Source of the DNA: Bdellovibrionales bacterium | GTDB taxonomy: Bacteria; Bdellovibrionota; Bdellovibrionia; Bdellovibrionales; UBA1609 | Length of the DNA: 64,000 nt | Assembly: GCA_965205945.1 (NCBI GenBank) | Contig: CBDBIB010000003.1 | Coordinates: 608,394 to 672,393 of the forward strand | Reading direction: 5' to 3' | In this document: positions 39,312 through 50,416 of the stretch, one piece after another | How the letters are laid out: each line of letters starts with the position of its first letter | Position numbering within the stretch: position 1 is the stretch's first letter | Translations under genes and position numbers: made by a program | The notes under the pieces: generated by a model | Database searches by the model: none | What the model saw: only the letters and a program-made list of their open reading frames with translations | What the model was told of the DNA's origin: nothing

Positions 39312-40205
39312 TTAAAGCTGTCGACCCTTAAGCATTGCAATACGTTTTTCTAAAGGAGGGTGTGTAGACATGAGTTGGCGCAAAAAACCCTTCTTAAAAG
39401 CTCCTGAAATTTTTAAGGCTGCAACTGATTCAGTTTTCTTATCTACTTTAAGGTTAGGGTTATAAACTTTTTGTAGTTTTTTAAGAGAGCTAATCATTTT
39501 CTGAGTTCCAGCAAGTCGTGCGCCGCCATGGTCGGCTCTAAATTCTCTAAATCTTGAAAAAGTCCCTGTAACCATGAGTCCTAAAAATCCAAGAGCAAAA
39601 GAAAAAAGATTCATAAGCATTATGCGCATGAAAAAACTTCCACGCTCATTATTTCTTGAAAGAACTGAGCAGGTAAGGTCGGCAAGAATTCTTGCTGCAA
39701 TCATAATAAGTGTATTTATAACACCTTGTAAGAGAACCATAGTGACCATATCACCGTTTTGAATGTGTGCTATTTCATGGCCTAAAACGCCCTCAACTTC
39801 ATCTTTAGTCATATTCTTTAAAAGTCCTGTTGAGACAGCTACTAAACTTCTAGATTTTGTTGGGCCTGTAGCAAAGGCATTAAGTTCATCTTCTTGGTAA
39901 ATTCCAACTTCAGGCATTTTTTTTATTCCAGCCATACGAGCATATCCATAAATAGATTGAAGCAACCATTTTTCAGTATTTGATTTTGGATTTAAAGGGT
40001 CAATTAGTTTAATCTTATGACTCCACTTAGCGGCTTTACGAGACATTAAAAGTGAGACTAGGGCGCCACCAAAACCAAAAAGAGCGTAGAAAATAACAAG
40101 GTTTATGTAATAGCCTGGAGGGATAGGTAGAAGGCTCATTATAAAACTAAATGTTATGAGTAAAACAAAATTAAGCCCTAAAACGTAAACAATCCTTCTA
40201 AACAT
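39312..40205 (-). CDS. htpX: Membrane zinc protease HtpX
   Basis: NAFATG, HEIAHIQNGDMVT, FSRFREFRAD, THPPLEKRI. Confidence 0.94.
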   Translation of the reverse strand: MFRRIVYVLGLNFVLLITFSFIMSLLPIPPGYYINLVIFYALFGFGGALVSLLMSRKAAKWSHKIKLIDPLNPKSNTEKWLLQSIYGYARMAGIKKMPEVGIYQEDELNAFATGPTKSRSLVAVSTGLLKNMTKDEVEGVLGHEIAHIQNGDMVTMVLLQGVINTLIMIAARILADLTCSVLSRNNERGSFFMRIMLMNLFSFALGFLGLMVTGTFSRFREFRADHGGARLAGTQKMISSLKKLQKVYNPNLKVDKKTESVAALKISGAFKKGFLRQLMSTHPPLEKRIAMLKGRQL

Positions 40206-40286
40206 GACAGTCCTCCATTAATTTGTACAGAATATCATTTAAAGCAGAGGAGGCAAGAATTATATACTTACAGGTTCTAGTTTGGT

Positions 40287-42464
40287 TTAAGAAACGATAA
40301 GTTTGGAGTTTTTTATGTCTAGGGATATATTTTGAGCGTTTTTTTTTGTTTTAGAAACAAGGGTTTTTGCTATGGGTACTTTAATGTTATTTAAGATAAA
40401 TCGTTCAAAAGGGCGAGCTCCCATATTTTTTTCAAAGCCGGTTTTAAGAATCCATTTACAAACAGTATTTGTCCACGTAAGAGAGAATTTTTTGTCTTTA
40501 AGGTCGGTTTTTAATAAGGTAAGGTTTTTTTCAATTATTTTTAATAGTTCAGAATCTTTTAAATACTCAAATTTTATAATTGCTGTAAGACGATTTATAA
40601 ATTCAGGGTTGAAAAAATCTTTAATAGCTTTGTCTGAAAAATCATGGGAAGGGGCTTGAAAAATTCCTAAAGAACCTTTTTCAGCATCCTTTGCTCCAGA
40701 GTTAGAAGTCATAATAAGAATACATTGGTTAAAGTGAGTTTTTTTTCCAATAGAGTCAGTAAGTGATGCTGCATCCATTACTTGTAGTAAAACATTAATT
40801 ACACTAGGATGAGCCTTTTCAATTTCATCTAGTAAAAGTACGCAATGAGGGGTTTTTGAAACTTCATCAGTGAGTCTTCCTCCATCATCATGGCCGACAT
40901 AGCCTGGAGGGGCTCCAATAAGTTTAGAAACGGAGTGCTTTTCCATATATTCAGACATATCAAATTTTATAAGCGGAACGCTAAGGTGATAAGCTAATTG
41001 TTTAGAAAGTTCTGTTTTTCCAACACCAGTAGGTCCTGTGAATAAAAAAGATCCTAAAGGTTTGTCTTTATCATTTAAACCTACATGGGTGATAAGAACA
41101 TTTGAATTAAGCTGATCAATAGCCTTACTTTGTCCGTATATGTGTTTTTCTAGATTCTTTTTTAAAGATAAGATGGAGTTTTTAGTTTTTGTATCGGCTG
41201 TTTTTTTTGATACTTTATAGGCTCTAGATAAAGTTTTTAAAATATTTTTAGAGCTGACAAAACTGTTGTTATTAATAGATTCATGGGCACAAGTTTCGTC
41301 TAATAAATCAAGAGCTTTATCTGGAAATTTTCTGTCTAAAATATGTTTTTTTGAAAGTGTAACGGCGCTTTTTAATGCTTCAGTAGCTATAGTGAGTTTG
41401 TGAAACTTTTCATAGTTTGATTTTAGACCTTTAAGGATTTTAAGAGTGTCTTTTTCACAAGGTTCATCTATAAATATGGGTTGAAAACGTCTTGATAAAG
41501 CCGGGTCTTTTGCAAAGTATTTTCTATACTCAGTAAAAGTTGTAGAGCCAACAACTTTTATATGTGAATCTATTAAAATAGGCTTTAAAAGTCCCACCAT
41601 ATCAATATTACTGCCAGATGTGCTTCCTGCACCAACAATTGTATGAACTTCATCTATAAAAAGAAGGGGGTTTTTAATTTCCTTTAAACTTTTAAAAAGA
41701 GTTTTTAAACGGCCCTCAAAATCTCCACGATACTTAGCTCCAGCAAGAAGTGAAGGTAGATCTAGACTAAAAATAGAAAGATTTTTAAAGCGCTCGGGTG
41801 CTTTTTTTGTTTGAATAAGTTCAGCTAAACCTTCTCCTAAAGCGGTCTTTCCAACTCCAGGATCTCCGACTAAAAGGGGATTGTTTTTGTTTTTCCTAGA
41901 TAAAACCTCAAGAACCCTTTGGAGCTCAATTTGTCTGCCAATGAGTTTAGTTGTAAGATTATTGTTGAATTTTTCGTTTAAATTTTCACAGAATTTTTTT
42001 AAAGGGTTTTTTGATGAAGATGGTAAAGATTCGTCTTCTAGGTTTGAAGAAAGGTGCTCCATAATAATAAGAGGGGACAACTCCATTTGCTCTAATATAT
42101 AAACAGCGTAAGAATCAGATTCTTCAAAAATAGAAATCATGATGTGAAAACTACTAGTGGAGTTTTTACCAGAACTTTGAGTTTGCTTTAAAGCTTTATT
42201 AATACATCTGTGAAGGGCAAGAGTAGGTTCTGGTTTGTAGTTTGAGCCTGCGTTTAAAAGTTTTGGGTGATTTTTATCAATAAAATCCTCAAGAAGAATT
42301 TTAAATGAAACAGGGTTTATATTCTCTTCTTTTAGAAAATTAATAGTGTCAGTGATTTGTAAAGTGCCCCATAAAAAATGTTCTAAAGAAATAAACTCAT
42401 TCTTAAGTGCTAGGGCGTGCTCAGTAGCTTTATGTAAGCTTTCTTGTAAAGTGTGGTCAAACAT
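40287..42464 (-). CDS. clpA: ATP-dependent Clp protease ATPase subunit ClpA
   Basis: Two AAA+ modules (GDPGVGKT, GPTGVGKT), DMSEYMEKHSVSKLIGAPPGYVG; no ClpB middle domain; follows clpS. Confidence 0.93.
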   Translation of the reverse strand: MFDHTLQESLHKATEHALALKNEFISLEHFLWGTLQITDTINFLKEENINPVSFKILLEDFIDKNHPKLLNAGSNYKPEPTLALHRCINKALKQTQSSGKNSTSSFHIMISIFEESDSYAVYILEQMELSPLIIMEHLSSNLEDESLPSSSKNPLKKFCENLNEKFNNNLTTKLIGRQIELQRVLEVLSRKNKNNPLLVGDPGVGKTALGEGLAELIQTKKAPERFKNLSIFSLDLPSLLAGAKYRGDFEGRLKTLFKSLKEIKNPLLFIDEVHTIVGAGSTSGSNIDMVGLLKPILIDSHIKVVGSTTFTEYRKYFAKDPALSRRFQPIFIDEPCEKDTLKILKGLKSNYEKFHKLTIATEALKSAVTLSKKHILDRKFPDKALDLLDETCAHESINNNSFVSSKNILKTLSRAYKVSKKTADTKTKNSILSLKKNLEKHIYGQSKAIDQLNSNVLITHVGLNDKDKPLGSFLFTGPTGVGKTELSKQLAYHLSVPLIKFDMSEYMEKHSVSKLIGAPPGYVGHDDGGRLTDEVSKTPHCVLLLDEIEKAHPSVINVLLQVMDAASLTDSIGKKTHFNQCILIMTSNSGAKDAEKGSLGIFQAPSHDFSDKAIKDFFNPEFINRLTAIIKFEYLKDSELLKIIEKNLTLLKTDLKDKKFSLTWTNTVCKWILKTGFEKNMGARPFERFILNNIKVPIAKTLVSKTKKNAQNISLDIKNSKLIVS

Positions 42465-42770
42465 TTAGTTTTCCTCCATAATGCATTTTAAAGGAAAACC
42501 GTTTTCTTTTGCTGCCTGGTGGACTAAGTAAATTTTAGTTTCTGCAACTTCTTTTGTAAATATACCGACATTTGTACGGCCGTTATTGTGAATCTCTAGC
42601 ATAAGTTTAAAGGCTTCAGAACTAGATTTATAAAAGAACTGAGTTAAGATTTTTACAACAAAATCTTGAGTTGTAAAATCATCATTTAAAAGAAAAACAA
42701 TGTATAAAGAAGGTTCTTTTATTGAAATATCAACATCAAGGTTTTGGTCTGGGTTGCTTTCTTCATTCAT
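42465..42770 (-). CDS. clpS: Clp adaptor ClpS
   Basis: LLNDDFT...FVV, LML.IH..G, EVAETK, FPLKC. Confidence 0.94.
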   Translation of the reverse strand: MNEESNPDQNLDVDISIKEPSLYIVFLLNDDFTTQDFVVKILTQFFYKSSSEAFKLMLEIHNNGRTNVGIFTKEVAETKIYLVHQAAKENGFPLKCIMEEN

Positions 42771-43482
42771 AGGTTTGCCTAGATCTGGATGTTTTAAAAT
42801 AAGACATTTAGATAATACCTTTCAGGTCGTATTAACCCATAAAGTTGATAGTCACAAGTTTAAAGGGTAAGGCACTTTTAACGTCTCTAAACTGCTTAGT
42901 CATCCTCTTCTTTTTTACAGTATGCCTAAACCCTGATCTTTTTATGCCCCTTTGTTCTTTAAAATTTAAATCACAGAGCTAGTGGCCTTATGTGCAACAA
43001 CGCTCTCGAATTTTAAGTGGTTAAAAGCTTTAAAAAAAAATTGAATACTTATAGGCCTGCTTAGGAGTAAGGTCAATGTGTTCTTTAATAAGAAGTATAG
43101 TTTTAATATTAGTGATGTTTATATCTACGCAGTCTATAGCAAGTTAGCTTTATATAGGAAATAATACAAACAGTATTAAGAGTAGGAGTGAGTTCTTAAT
43201 ATCATTTAATGAAGAGGGAATTAACTTTGTAGGTTATTTAAAAAGTTCTTTGCTTGGGTTAAGCTTAAAGGGCGCAAGGTAAGTCTTACGTTCTTAAATA
43301 TATGGTCCAGAGTCTAGACCAAGTGAGAGCCTAATAAAACGCTACATAGCCTTAGTGTTGTGATAATGGGTTAATTAGCTTGAAAACTATAATTGCAACA
43401 CCAGGGCTTTAGGTTAATTTAGTCCATTTCGGTGTCATTAATAGGGGTTAATTCGCAAAGGGTTAAGGCTTTAGTAAAAATG

Positions 43483-43510
43483 TAAATATTTTTTCTGGTT
43501 CATCCGATGA
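43483..43510 (+). promoter_or_regulatory. sigma28/FliA-like promoter of the pilin gene
   Basis: TAAA-N16-TCCGATGA about 50 nt upstream of the start. Confidence 0.5.
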
Positions 43511-43558
43511 ATAACAGTGTAGAATAAATTAAAAAATTAGAGTTTTTAAAGGAAAGGT

Positions 43559-44104
43559 GTGATGAAGAATATAATATTAAAAAGGGGCTTTTCTCTTATA
43601 GAGTTAATGATGGTTATTGTGATTATCGGGTTTTTAGCAGGTGTTGGAATTCCTCAGTATCAGAAAGTTTTAATGAAAGCACGTCAGTCAGAAGCAAAAT
43701 CATTGCTAAGCGCTATGTACACTGCTCAAAAATCATTTTATTCAGAGTGGAATCAGTATTATGGAGATTTTAATGCTGTCGGCTATGGTTTAAAAGGTGA
43801 TTTGGGTTATCATGTAGGCTTTGGTTCAGCTGGTTTGCTTGGGCCTAAAATACACCCATCTACAACATACAGAGAAAGGCCGCCTGTTGTTAGGCTAGCC
43901 AGTGTATTTTGCTCTAATAATAGTGAAGCAGGATGTACAGTGATTAAGGCGAAAACAGTAGCTACTATTGCGGGAACAGAAGCCACTGAAAATAAATTTC
44001 TTTTTGGTGCAGCCGCAAATCTTGATGCTGACGCGGCTTTAGATAGATGGACTGTAAATGAGAATAAAATTTTTCAACAACAAGAGGACGACATAACTCA
44101 GTAA
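43559..44104 (+). CDS. pilA: Type IVa pilin
   Basis: Prepilin cleavage G|FSLIELMMVIVIIG with E5; KARQSEAK; internal Cys pair. Confidence 0.85.
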   Translation: MMKNIILKRGFSLIELMMVIVIIGFLAGVGIPQYQKVLMKARQSEAKSLLSAMYTAQKSFYSEWNQYYGDFNAVGYGLKGDLGYHVGFGSAGLLGPKIHPSTTYRERPPVVRLASVFCSNNSEAGCTVIKAKTVATIAGTEATENKFLFGAAANLDADAALDRWTVNENKIFQQQEDDITQ

Positions 44105-44365
44105 TATAGAGTTTTAGCAAGGGTGTGCTTTAATAAGGTTGGAGCATTATTGGTATATTTAAATTCATTCAGCCTTATAAGAACAGATCTTAAGTTTTTA
44201 TTTTTTAAAAGATTTATAGATTTTTTTATATAAAAATTCTATAAAATCGTTATATGAGATTATACTATGACTATAGGCTAAGGTTAGATTAAACAAGATT
44301 ATTCTTAGAATAATTTTTAGACGTTTGTAGGGTGTTTGAATTTTTAAAAGTTATTAAAATGAATT

Positions 44366-45037
44366 GTGTTACTAGCATCTATTAAAATATCTCTCGCATT
44401 TTTTTTTGGTGTATGCGTACTTTTTTTAAACCCTTTAAAGGACTTTAAAAAAAATACTAAAATACTGCCCCCCCCCAAAGGTGTAGAGTATTTTCATTTC
44501 GGATTTAAAGATAATGTTGCTGATTTTTTCTGGCTAAGCTTTATTCAAAATGCATTTGATTGTTCAAAGTATAAAGATCCTGAGCACAGATATTGTCCAA
44601 ATAGATGGGGTTATAGGACATTAAATGCAGCTAGTATTTTAGCACCTAAATTTAAGGCTTTGTACGAATTTGGAGCTGTGAAACTAACGGTGTTGCTGGA
44701 TGATCATAAAGGAGCAGTGGAGCTTTTTGAAAGAGGATTGGCTCATATAAAGGACAGTTGGATTATTAACTATAGGGCTGCATATTTATACTTAGAAGAG
44801 TTAAAAGATTTTAAAAGAGCAGGGCAGCTATTAGAGCAGGCAGCAGCCTTAGGCGCTCCATTTTGGACTAGATCTTTAGCGTCGCGAATGTATTATAAAT
44901 CAGGGCAGCTAGAGCTTAGTTACCGAGTTCTTAAAGACCTTTATAAAGAGGCATCAGACGGCTTTTGGAAAGATGATTTAAGAGGCAGAATGTTTCAAAT
45001 TGATAAAAAATTAAGAGATTCAAAGGTGTTGGAATAA
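44366..45037 (+). CDS. TPR-like membrane-anchored protein (PilG-like of deltaproteobacterial pil loci)
   Basis: FGF...ADFFWL.FIQ, APKF..LY, TPR-like helices; directly downstream of the pilin. Confidence 0.55.
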   Translation: MLLASIKISLAFFFGVCVLFLNPLKDFKKNTKILPPPKGVEYFHFGFKDNVADFFWLSFIQNAFDCSKYKDPEHRYCPNRWGYRTLNAASILAPKFKALYEFGAVKLTVLLDDHKGAVELFERGLAHIKDSWIINYRAAYLYLEELKDFKRAGQLLEQAAALGAPFWTRSLASRMYYKSGQLELSYRVLKDLYKEASDGFWKDDLRGRMFQIDKKLRDSKVLE

Positions 45038-45052
45038 AAACACAGTGGTGAC

Positions 45053-45080
45053 CTTGACCATAGGGAGTTAATCCTCATAT
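45053..45080 (+). promoter_or_regulatory. sigma32-like heat-shock promoter of dnaJ
   Basis: CTTGAC-N14-CCTCATAT versus consensus CTTGAA-N13..17-CCCCATNT. Confidence 0.55.
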
Positions 45081-45087
45081 TTAATCC

Positions 45088-46173
45088 ATGTCTAAACGCG
45101 ATTTTTATGAAATTTTAGGTGTAGATCGTTCTGCAAATGTTGATGCTATTAAAAAAGCTTATAGAAAAAAGGCTTTTCAATATCATCCTGATAAAAACCC
45201 TGGTGATAAGGTTACTGAAGATAAATTTAAAGAGGCTGCTGAAGCCTATGAAGTTTTAAGTAATGCGGATAAGAAAGCTCGTTATGATGAGTATGGTCAT
45301 ACAGGTGTGGGTGGTGGAGGTTTTTACGAGACATCGGATATTTTTGAAAATTTCTCGGATATTTTTGGAGATTTTTTTTCTGGAGGAGGCCATCGTAGGC
45401 AAGGTTCTGCTAAGGCAAGGCCAAAAAGAGGGTCTGATTTAAGGTATCATTTAAATATTGATTTTAAGGACTCTTTAGAAGGGACTAAAACTACTATAAA
45501 CTATGAATCTGAAGAAGACTGTAGTCATTGCTCTGGAAAAGGTATCCAGCCTGGAAAGGAGGCGCAAACTTGTCAAACTTGTGCTGGTTCGGGTCAGGTT
45601 GTTCAAAGGCAGGGGCTTTTTACAATGGCAACTACCTGTCCAACTTGTAGAGGTGTAGGACAAATAGTTAAAGATCCATGCAGAAAATGTAATGGAGAAA
45701 AAAGAATTCAAAGATCTAAAAAATTAGAAGTTACTGTTCCTGCGGGAGTTGAAAATGGAAATCAACTTAGACTTTCTTCTGAAGGTGATGGTGGTCATTT
45801 AGGGGGCAGTAGAGGGGATCTTTATGTACTTATTCGAGTTGATGAACATAAAGATTATTATAGAGAAGGTTTAGACTTAGTGGGCAATATTAAAATCTCT
45901 TATTTGCAGTCCATTTTAGGTGCAGGCCTAGAGGTGAAGACTCTTAATAGCACCATTAAAGTTGAAATTCCGCCAGGAACTCAAAATGCAGATGAAATTC
46001 GTGTGAAGAAAGAAGGCTTTGTCTCTTTAAGAGGAAGAGCAAAAGGAAACTTAAGGTTTAAGGTGAAAGTTCAAATGCCAACGGCGCCAACAAAGCAGGA
46101 GATTAAGCTATTAAAAGAGATTGCTAAAGTAAAAGGTGAGAATGTAAATGAGAAATCTGGTTGGTTATTTTAA
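45088..46173 (+). CDS. dnaJ: Chaperone DnaJ
   Basis: J domain HPD, G/F region, four CxxCxGx(G) zinc repeats. Confidence 0.96.
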   Translation: MSKRDFYEILGVDRSANVDAIKKAYRKKAFQYHPDKNPGDKVTEDKFKEAAEAYEVLSNADKKARYDEYGHTGVGGGGFYETSDIFENFSDIFGDFFSGGGHRRQGSAKARPKRGSDLRYHLNIDFKDSLEGTKTTINYESEEDCSHCSGKGIQPGKEAQTCQTCAGSGQVVQRQGLFTMATTCPTCRGVGQIVKDPCRKCNGEKRIQRSKKLEVTVPAGVENGNQLRLSSEGDGGHLGGSRGDLYVLIRVDEHKDYYREGLDLVGNIKISYLQSILGAGLEVKTLNSTIKVEIPPGTQNADEIRVKKEGFVSLRGRAKGNLRFKVKVQMPTAPTKQEIKLLKEIAKVKGENVNEKSGWLF

Positions 46174-46249
46174 AGCAACAACCTTGACGAATTGTAAATA
46201 AAGCACAAGCTATAACATATATAGAATTTAGATTTAGAGGAGAATTAAG

Positions 46250-48154
46250 ATGAGTAAAGTTATTGGAATAGATTTAGGAACAACAAATTCAGTTGTTGCA
46301 GTTATGGAGGGAGGAGTTCCTAAGGTTTTAGTTAATGAAGAAGGATCTAGAACAACGCCTTCAATTGTGGCTTTTACAAAAGATGGTGAAAAGCTAGTGG
46401 GTCAGGTTGCTAAAAGGCAGGCTGTGACAAACCCTGAAAACACAATATATTCAGCAAAGCGTTTTATTGGACGTAAGTATGATGATTTAAAAGATGAAAT
46501 TGAGCTCATGCCTTTTAAAGTCGTAGATAAGGGGGACTCTTGTGCTTTTGATGTTTGTGGTAAAATGTACTCGTCACAAGAGATAGCATCAAGTGTTTTA
46601 GGAAAACTTAAAAAAGTTGCTGAGGATTATTTAGGTCAAGAGGTTACAGGTGCCGTTATTACAGTGCCGGCATATTTTAATGATGCTCAAAGACAGGCAA
46701 CTAAAGATGCTGGTAAAATTGCAGGGCTTAAAGTTAAGCGTATTATAAATGAACCCACAGCGGCTGCTCTTGCATATGGCCTGGATAAGAAGAAGGATCA
46801 AAAAATTGTGATTTATGATCTTGGTGGTGGAACCTTTGATGTGTCCATCTTAGAAGTGGGGGATGATGTAGTAGAGGTTAAAGCTGCTAATGGAGACACT
46901 CTTTTAGGTGGTGATAATTTTGATATTGTTATTCTTGAGTGGTTAGTTAGTGAGTTTAAAAAAGATCAGGGAATAGATTTAAAAACTGATAAAATGGCTT
47001 TGCAAAGATTAAAAGAAACTGCAGAGAAAGCAAAAATTGAGCTTAGTACAGCTTTAGAAACAGATATAAACCTTCCATTTATTACAGCAGATCAGTCAGG
47101 TCCTAAGCATTTAAATATAAAACTTTCTCGATCTAAATTTGAGCAACTAACAGGTGATTTAGTTAAAAGAACTTTAGAGCCATGTAAGATCGCTTTAAAA
47201 GATTCAGGGCTTAGCTTGGCTGAAATTGATGAAGTTGTATTGGTTGGGGGTTCTACAAGAATTCCTGCTATTCAAAAAGTAGTTAAGGATTTCTTTAATA
47301 AAGAGCCTAATAAATCTGTAAATCCTGATGAAGTGGTTGCACTAGGTGCTGCTGTTCAAGGTGGTGTTTTAACAGGTGAGGTAAAAGATGTGCTTTTATT
47401 AGATGTGACACCATTGTCATTAGGTATTGAGACTTTAGGTGGTGTTTTTACAAAACTTATTGAGAAGAATACAACAATTCCTACAAAAAAATCACAAATT
47501 TTTTCAACAGCTGCAGACAATCAAACAAATGTTGATGTGCATGTTCTTCAGGGAGAAAGGGAGATGACTGTGGATAACAAATCTTTAGGACGTTTTGAGT
47601 TAGTGGGTATTCCTTCTGCTCCTAGAGGAGTGCCTCAGATTGAAGTGACATTTGATGTTGATGCAAATGGAATTATAAGTGTTTCTGCTAAGGATAAAGG
47701 AACGGGTAAAGAACAGGCTATTAAGATTACATCTAAATCTGGTTTATCAGAAGAAGAAATTGCTAAGATGGTTAAAGAAGCAGAGCTTCATGCTGAAGAA
47801 GATAAAAAGCGTAAAGATCTTGTTAATGCTAGAAATCAACTTGATAGTTTAGTGTATCAGCTTGAAAAACTGATATCTGATAATAAAGAAAAGCTTGCAT
47901 CAGACGAAGTGACTAAAGCAAAAGAAGCTATGGTTACAGCTAAAGAAACTTTGGCAAAAGAAGATGTTACTGTTGAAGACTATAATAGTGATATTGAAAG
48001 ACTTACAAATATTAGCCATACCTTAAGTACAGCTCTTTATGAGAGCCAAAAAAGCTCTGAAAAACCACCTACACCCAGTGGTGAAGGTGCCCCTTCACAA
48101 CAGGGTAGAGCAAAAGAGGATGTTATTGATGCAGACTTTAAAGATGTAAATTAA
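46250..48154 (+). CDS. dnaK: Chaperone DnaK
   Basis: [37 protein letters not shown]. Confidence 0.97.
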   Translation: MSKVIGIDLGTTNSVVAVMEGGVPKVLVNEEGSRTTPSIVAFTKDGEKLVGQVAKRQAVTNPENTIYSAKRFIGRKYDDLKDEIELMPFKVVDKGDSCAFDVCGKMYSSQEIASSVLGKLKKVAEDYLGQEVTGAVITVPAYFNDAQRQATKDAGKIAGLKVKRIINEPTAAALAYGLDKKKDQKIVIYDLGGGTFDVSILEVGDDVVEVKAANGDTLLGGDNFDIVILEWLVSEFKKDQGIDLKTDKMALQRLKETAEKAKIELSTALETDINLPFITADQSGPKHLNIKLSRSKFEQLTGDLVKRTLEPCKIALKDSGLSLAEIDEVVLVGGSTRIPAIQKVVKDFFNKEPNKSVNPDEVVALGAAVQGGVLTGEVKDVLLLDVTPLSLGIETLGGVFTKLIEKNTTIPTKKSQIFSTAADNQTNVDVHVLQGEREMTVDNKSLGRFELVGIPSAPRGVPQIEVTFDVDANGIISVSAKDKGTGKEQAIKITSKSGLSEEEIAKMVKEAELHAEEDKKRKDLVNARNQLDSLVYQLEKLISDNKEKLASDEVTKAKEAMVTAKETLAKEDVTVEDYNSDIERLTNISHTLSTALYESQKSSEKPPTPSGEGAPSQQGRAKEDVIDADFKDVN

Positions 48155-48181
48155 TTTTTAAAACTAAAGAGAACTGTATTT

Positions 48182-48214
48182 AAAAGGCAGAGCATTTAAG
48201 TGCCCTGCCTTTTT
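48182..48214. terminator. Probable bidirectional Rho-independent terminator
   Basis: AAAAGGCAGAGCA-TTTAAG-TGCCCTGCCTTTTT between convergent genes. Confidence 0.8.
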
Positions 48215-48274
48215 CTGCGCTCAACAACAAAGATAAGATTTTTAGAGTCAACACATAAGCCATGTAAGTAAATC

Positions 48275-50326
48275 CTAAAGTTTTTTTGTTGAATGGTGGT
48301 AAAGATATTTCGTAGTCTCGTATAACCCACGCGCTAAACGATCAATTTTTTGTTGCTTAAGGGGTTTTTCTTTTGTGATATCAATTTTGTATGAATTTGT
48401 GCGATATGAATAAAGACCTTTTAATTTTTCAGGGGAACCTTTAGATATCCAATGATGGCTATGCAACCGCAGCTTTATGGGTGGTGAGAAATTACTAATA
48501 GTCATAGCAAAACGTTTAGAATCATACTGCTCATCAAAAAGATTTCGCCCAAGAGTGGTATTTTTATAAGTTTTTCCTGCTAGAGAAACAACACTTGGTA
48601 ATATATCTGGGGAGTAAGCAATTTTTGAAAATACTTGAGGCGGAATTTTTAAAGAGGGTGAGTAAAATAATAAAGGGACATGCATTATTGGTAGTCGAAA
48701 ATGTTTAAAGCCATCAGGTATAGATTTAGATGTGTAATGTGCAAGTCCATGATCAGCGTAGATTACAAAAAGGGTATTTTTAAAATAAGTTTCTTTTTTA
48801 GCAGCTTTAAAAAACTCGCTAAGTGAATAATCTAAGAATCTTAAAGAGTTAAATTCTTGGTTGTTTACAAAGCCATTGTCTTTAATCTGTTGAGCTGTTA
48901 AAGATTTAAGTTTAAAGTCTCTTTTTTTAGAAGGTATAGTATATGGCTTATGATATCCAGCTGTTTGTATAAAGGTAAATTGTTTTTTCTTAACAGGTTG
49001 TTTTTTTAAGAACTCATTAACTTTTGTAAAGAGCTCTAGATCAGAAATTCCCCAAACATTGGTTTTTCTAGATTTAAAATCTTTTTTTTCAAAGATAGTG
49101 ATGTTTTTAAGGCTTTGAGAAACAAAGCCTCGAATATTTCCCCAACTTGCGCTGCCTCCAATAAAATAAGATTTGTTATAATCAGTAAAAGCATTTGCTG
49201 CAGAGTATTGTTTTACTAATAAAGGGTTTCTTGAAGCTGTTTTTATTGAATTGACATCAGGAAGTCCTGTAAGAACACTAAAAATAGAGCGTGCTGTTCC
49301 AGTGCTGGCGACAAATGTGTTTTCAAAAAAAAGCCCTTGTGGAATTAATGAATTTAAAAAAGGAGTGCCATTAATTTTTTGTCCAAAATGTTGGAGTTTA
49401 AAAGCAGCAAGAGATTCCATCATAATGATCACTACATTCGGTGGCTTATCAAAAGCAAGGGTGGGTTTGATTGTTCGATTAAAATTTAAAGTGTCTTTAT
49501 TAGGAGATTCAACGTTTAAGTAGGCTGCAATTTCATCGTAATGACCTTTAACTTTTTTAAGATTGTAGGATTTTTCTTTAAAACTAAAAGTATCGTAAAA
49601 GTATAGGAGTGGGTTTATTCCAAGAGCGCAGATAAAATTATTAGAACTAAAGTGAGCATCGCTCCATCTAAGAGGGTACTGGGAGAGCTTTCCATGTCCG
49701 AGAAGAGCAAGTATGAAGAATAAAGGTAATATGATTTTAAAGGAAGTGTTAAAAATAGGTTCGCCGGAAACAAAAAGTTTTTCTGTAAAGATTATTTTAT
49801 TTAAAATGAAAAAAAATAAAACAAACGCAAGGAAAATTAAAGAAATAATAAAAGTTATGGGGTAGCTTTCACTAATCATTTGAAAACTAATGAGGGGGTT
49901 TTTAAGAAAAATAGTGGAAGAAGCATCAATTCTATTTTTTAAATAGTCATAATGGCCTAAGTCTATTAAGGAAAAAATACCGTAGGCGGTGAGTATTAAA
50001 GAAAAAGTTAATTTAAGAAAGGTTGTAGAATGTAGTTTTTTTGATAAAAACATTTTACGCCCTTTTTCTTTAAATAGGGCATTGACTAGTTTTAATGAAT
50101 ATCCAAAAAACCAAAAAGGTAGGCTTAGTAAAATTGCTGCTCTTATATCAAATTTAAAACCAATGTAGAAAGCCTTTCTAACTTCTTCTACGTTGTATGG
50201 AGTGTCATTTAAAGAGTCAAAGGTGAGAAAAAAAACAAGTCTAAATAAAACTGCTAGAACTAAAAAACAAAGGCAGAGTTTTAAAAAGCTTATAATTTCT
50301 TTAGAGATGAGTCTTCTTGGTGGCAT
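48275..50326 (-). CDS. LTA synthase/phosphoglycerol transferase-family sulfatase-fold membrane enzyme
   Basis: Five N-terminal TM helices; PNVVIIMMES, catalytic Thr in GTARS, H.PY, ADHG. Confidence 0.85.
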   Translation of the reverse strand: MPPRRLISKEIISFLKLCLCFLVLAVLFRLVFFLTFDSLNDTPYNVEEVRKAFYIGFKFDIRAAILLSLPFWFFGYSLKLVNALFKEKGRKMFLSKKLHSTTFLKLTFSLILTAYGIFSLIDLGHYDYLKNRIDASSTIFLKNPLISFQMISESYPITFIISLIFLAFVLFFFILNKIIFTEKLFVSGEPIFNTSFKIILPLFFILALLGHGKLSQYPLRWSDAHFSSNNFICALGINPLLYFYDTFSFKEKSYNLKKVKGHYDEIAAYLNVESPNKDTLNFNRTIKPTLAFDKPPNVVIIMMESLAAFKLQHFGQKINGTPFLNSLIPQGLFFENTFVASTGTARSIFSVLTGLPDVNSIKTASRNPLLVKQYSAANAFTDYNKSYFIGGSASWGNIRGFVSQSLKNITIFEKKDFKSRKTNVWGISDLELFTKVNEFLKKQPVKKKQFTFIQTAGYHKPYTIPSKKRDFKLKSLTAQQIKDNGFVNNQEFNSLRFLDYSLSEFFKAAKKETYFKNTLFVIYADHGLAHYTSKSIPDGFKHFRLPIMHVPLLFYSPSLKIPPQVFSKIAYSPDILPSVVSLAGKTYKNTTLGRNLFDEQYDSKRFAMTISNFSPPIKLRLHSHHWISKGSPEKLKGLYSYRTNSYKIDITKEKPLKQQKIDRLARGLYETTKYLYHHSTKKL

Positions 50327-50416
50327 ATGAAATTTTTATAGGATAAAAGGCCTAGAGCGGCAAGAATATTTATGAATGTTCTTTATCTTAAAAACTCGTT
50401 GTGTTAAATCCTTGCT

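Noticed and set aside
43260..43480. c-di-GMP riboswitch upstream of the pilin (GCGCAAGG, CGCAAAG words)
   Set aside because: Could not build the P1/P2 stems or the GNRA tetraloop/receptor
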